Source: a virus
Lineage: Duplodnaviria; Caudoviricetes
IMG/VR virus record: IMGVR_UViG_3300022670_000465
Span: 1 to 34,371 of that record
Strand: one strand, 5' to 3'
DNA: 34,371 bases
Below are positions 33,391-34,371 of the stretch, one piece after another. The notes below the pieces were generated by a model. That model saw nothing but the letters and a program-made list of their open reading frames with translations. It did no database searches and was not told the origin of the DNA. The position numbers and the translations under genes are program-made. The first letter of the stretch is position 1. Each line of letters starts with the position of its first letter.

Positions 33391-34044
33391 TTGATCAAAG
33401 CCAAGATAATTGGCTCCGGCCCTGAGCGCACCGAGGTCGATGTTGAAAAATCAGGTGCGATGAGCGTAGTCGAACGGCCGTTCCCGCCGTTCGGCGTGAT
33501 GCAGAACGTGCGTCCGTTTCGGGAGTTCCTGACAGACGATGGAACGCCGAGCGGCTCATCGGATATGCTTGTTGATGGCAGCGTAACGCCAGTCGATTTT
33601 TTTGTGGAAGCGCGACAGGACATAGATCTTTACATCACCAGGGTATCGTTCATCGTGGTCGATCAGAATATGTCGCTGAATACGTTCGGAAATATCTCAG
33701 CGCTGACCAATGGGCTACGATTGTTTTATACGGATGAGCTAGGAGAGGTCGACATTGCCGACTCATTGCAAACGAATTTCGACATTGTGCGGCTGTGTTC
33801 AGGCCTGCCGTCTTTTGGCGATGGGACGACTGCGTTCATCGCCAATAACGTAGATTTTATTTCAGAGGGTATTATCCCAATCCTGGATCTCAAGGACACT
33901 TTCGGATTCAGGTGGGGCTTGGAGTTTCGAAACGGATCGCTGCAAAGATTGGTCCTTAGAATACGGGATGACATCACCGGCATCGATGCGATGAATGTCA
34001 TCATTTACGGCTTCCTGAGACTGGAAGATGTGGTTGCTAACTAA
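33391..34044 (+). CDS. Hypothetical structural protein
   Basis: GAGG RBS; M.VDGSVTPVDF...FG.I.ALTNG pattern. Confidence 0.65.
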   Translation: MIKAKIIGSGPERTEVDVEKSGAMSVVERPFPPFGVMQNVRPFREFLTDDGTPSGSSDMLVDGSVTPVDFFVEARQDIDLYITRVSFIVVDQNMSLNTFGNISALTNGLRLFYTDELGEVDIADSLQTNFDIVRLCSGLPSFGDGTTAFIANNVDFISEGIIPILDLKDTFGFRWGLEFRNGSLQRLVLRIRDDITGIDAMNVIIYGFLRLEDVVAN

Positions 34045-34065
34045 AGGGTTGTACGGAGTATCACC

Positions 34066-34371
34066 ATGGAAAAGAGCGAACAAACTGAGCAGGCACGAAA
34101 GCTGCTTATTCGGAGAGCGGTCGCGTATGACGTCGTCAATCTCACTAAGATGCTGATCCAGGCTCGAGAGGAGAAGGGACAGCATATCTATTATCCGAGC
34201 GTGCCCGAGGGCGAGCTTGGCAAGCAGATGGTTTCCGATCATGTCAGAGGCATGACCAAGACCGGAGTTGTCTACGTTGCTGATCTCGATGGACGGTTGC
34301 TCGGCGCTATTGGAATGCACGTGACTCAGATGGCGGAGTGGAGTTTTGACTTCGGTCTGATCAATGAATGG
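34066..34371 (+). CDS. GNAT-like acetyltransferase, truncated at the window end (not in ORF track)
   Basis: GGAG RBS; open for 102 codons: LLIRRAVAYDVVNL...VVYVADLDGRLLGAIG...WS.D..L.NEW. Confidence 0.6.
   Translation, partial: MEKSEQTEQARKLLIRRAVAYDVVNLTKMLIQAREEKGQHIYYPSVPEGELGKQMVSDHVRGMTKTGVVYVADLDGRLLGAIGMHVTQMAEWSFDFGLINEW

Larger units (their letters stand above)
1..34371 (+). mobile_element. Tailed phage (or prophage) genome segment: accessory region, packaging, head and short-tail modules
   Basis: Co-oriented, tightly overlapping ORFs (ATGA/TAATG/GTGA junctions); recognisable terL, portal, GroES-like, MCP, adaptor, nozzle and fibre genes; no tape measure or sheath gene within the window. 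Confidence 0.97.

Noticed and set aside
465-34320. Numerous minus-strand and alternative-frame ORFs in the track
   Set aside because: They are shadows of GC3-rich + strand genes, with no recognisable motifs or coupling

Overview
This window is a fragment of a GC-rich tailed dsDNA phage (Caudoviricetes, podovirus-like layout), with essentially all real genes on the + strand. About 7.5 kb of short accessory ORFs precede the large terminase. A ~4 kb cargo block (ParB/Srx-like protein, Zn-finger and HTH proteins, peptide deformylase) separates terL from the portal. The head module follows (portal, GroES-like co-chaperonin, scaffold, minor capsid, major capsid), then adaptor, fibre and nozzle genes and a truncated GNAT-like gene. 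The standout observation is that two accessory ORFs with twin-arginine (Tat)-type N-termini (3019-3402 and 7274-7567) are built from pieces homologous to this phage's own major capsid protein (MCP). One is a scrambled four-block mosaic and the other a 53-aa ungapped segment. The pieces do not overlap and are conserved at protein level, and weaker MCP-like snippets occur in neighbouring micro-ORFs. This suggests an undescribed capsid-mimic or decoy system. Other leads are an 11-bp-period GAAC array resembling LexA boxes, a repeated LGPVENARVE peptide next to two FN3-like proteins, two structured intergenic RNA candidates, and domain insertions in conserved tail proteins. All family assignments come from motif recognition by eye; no database searches were run.
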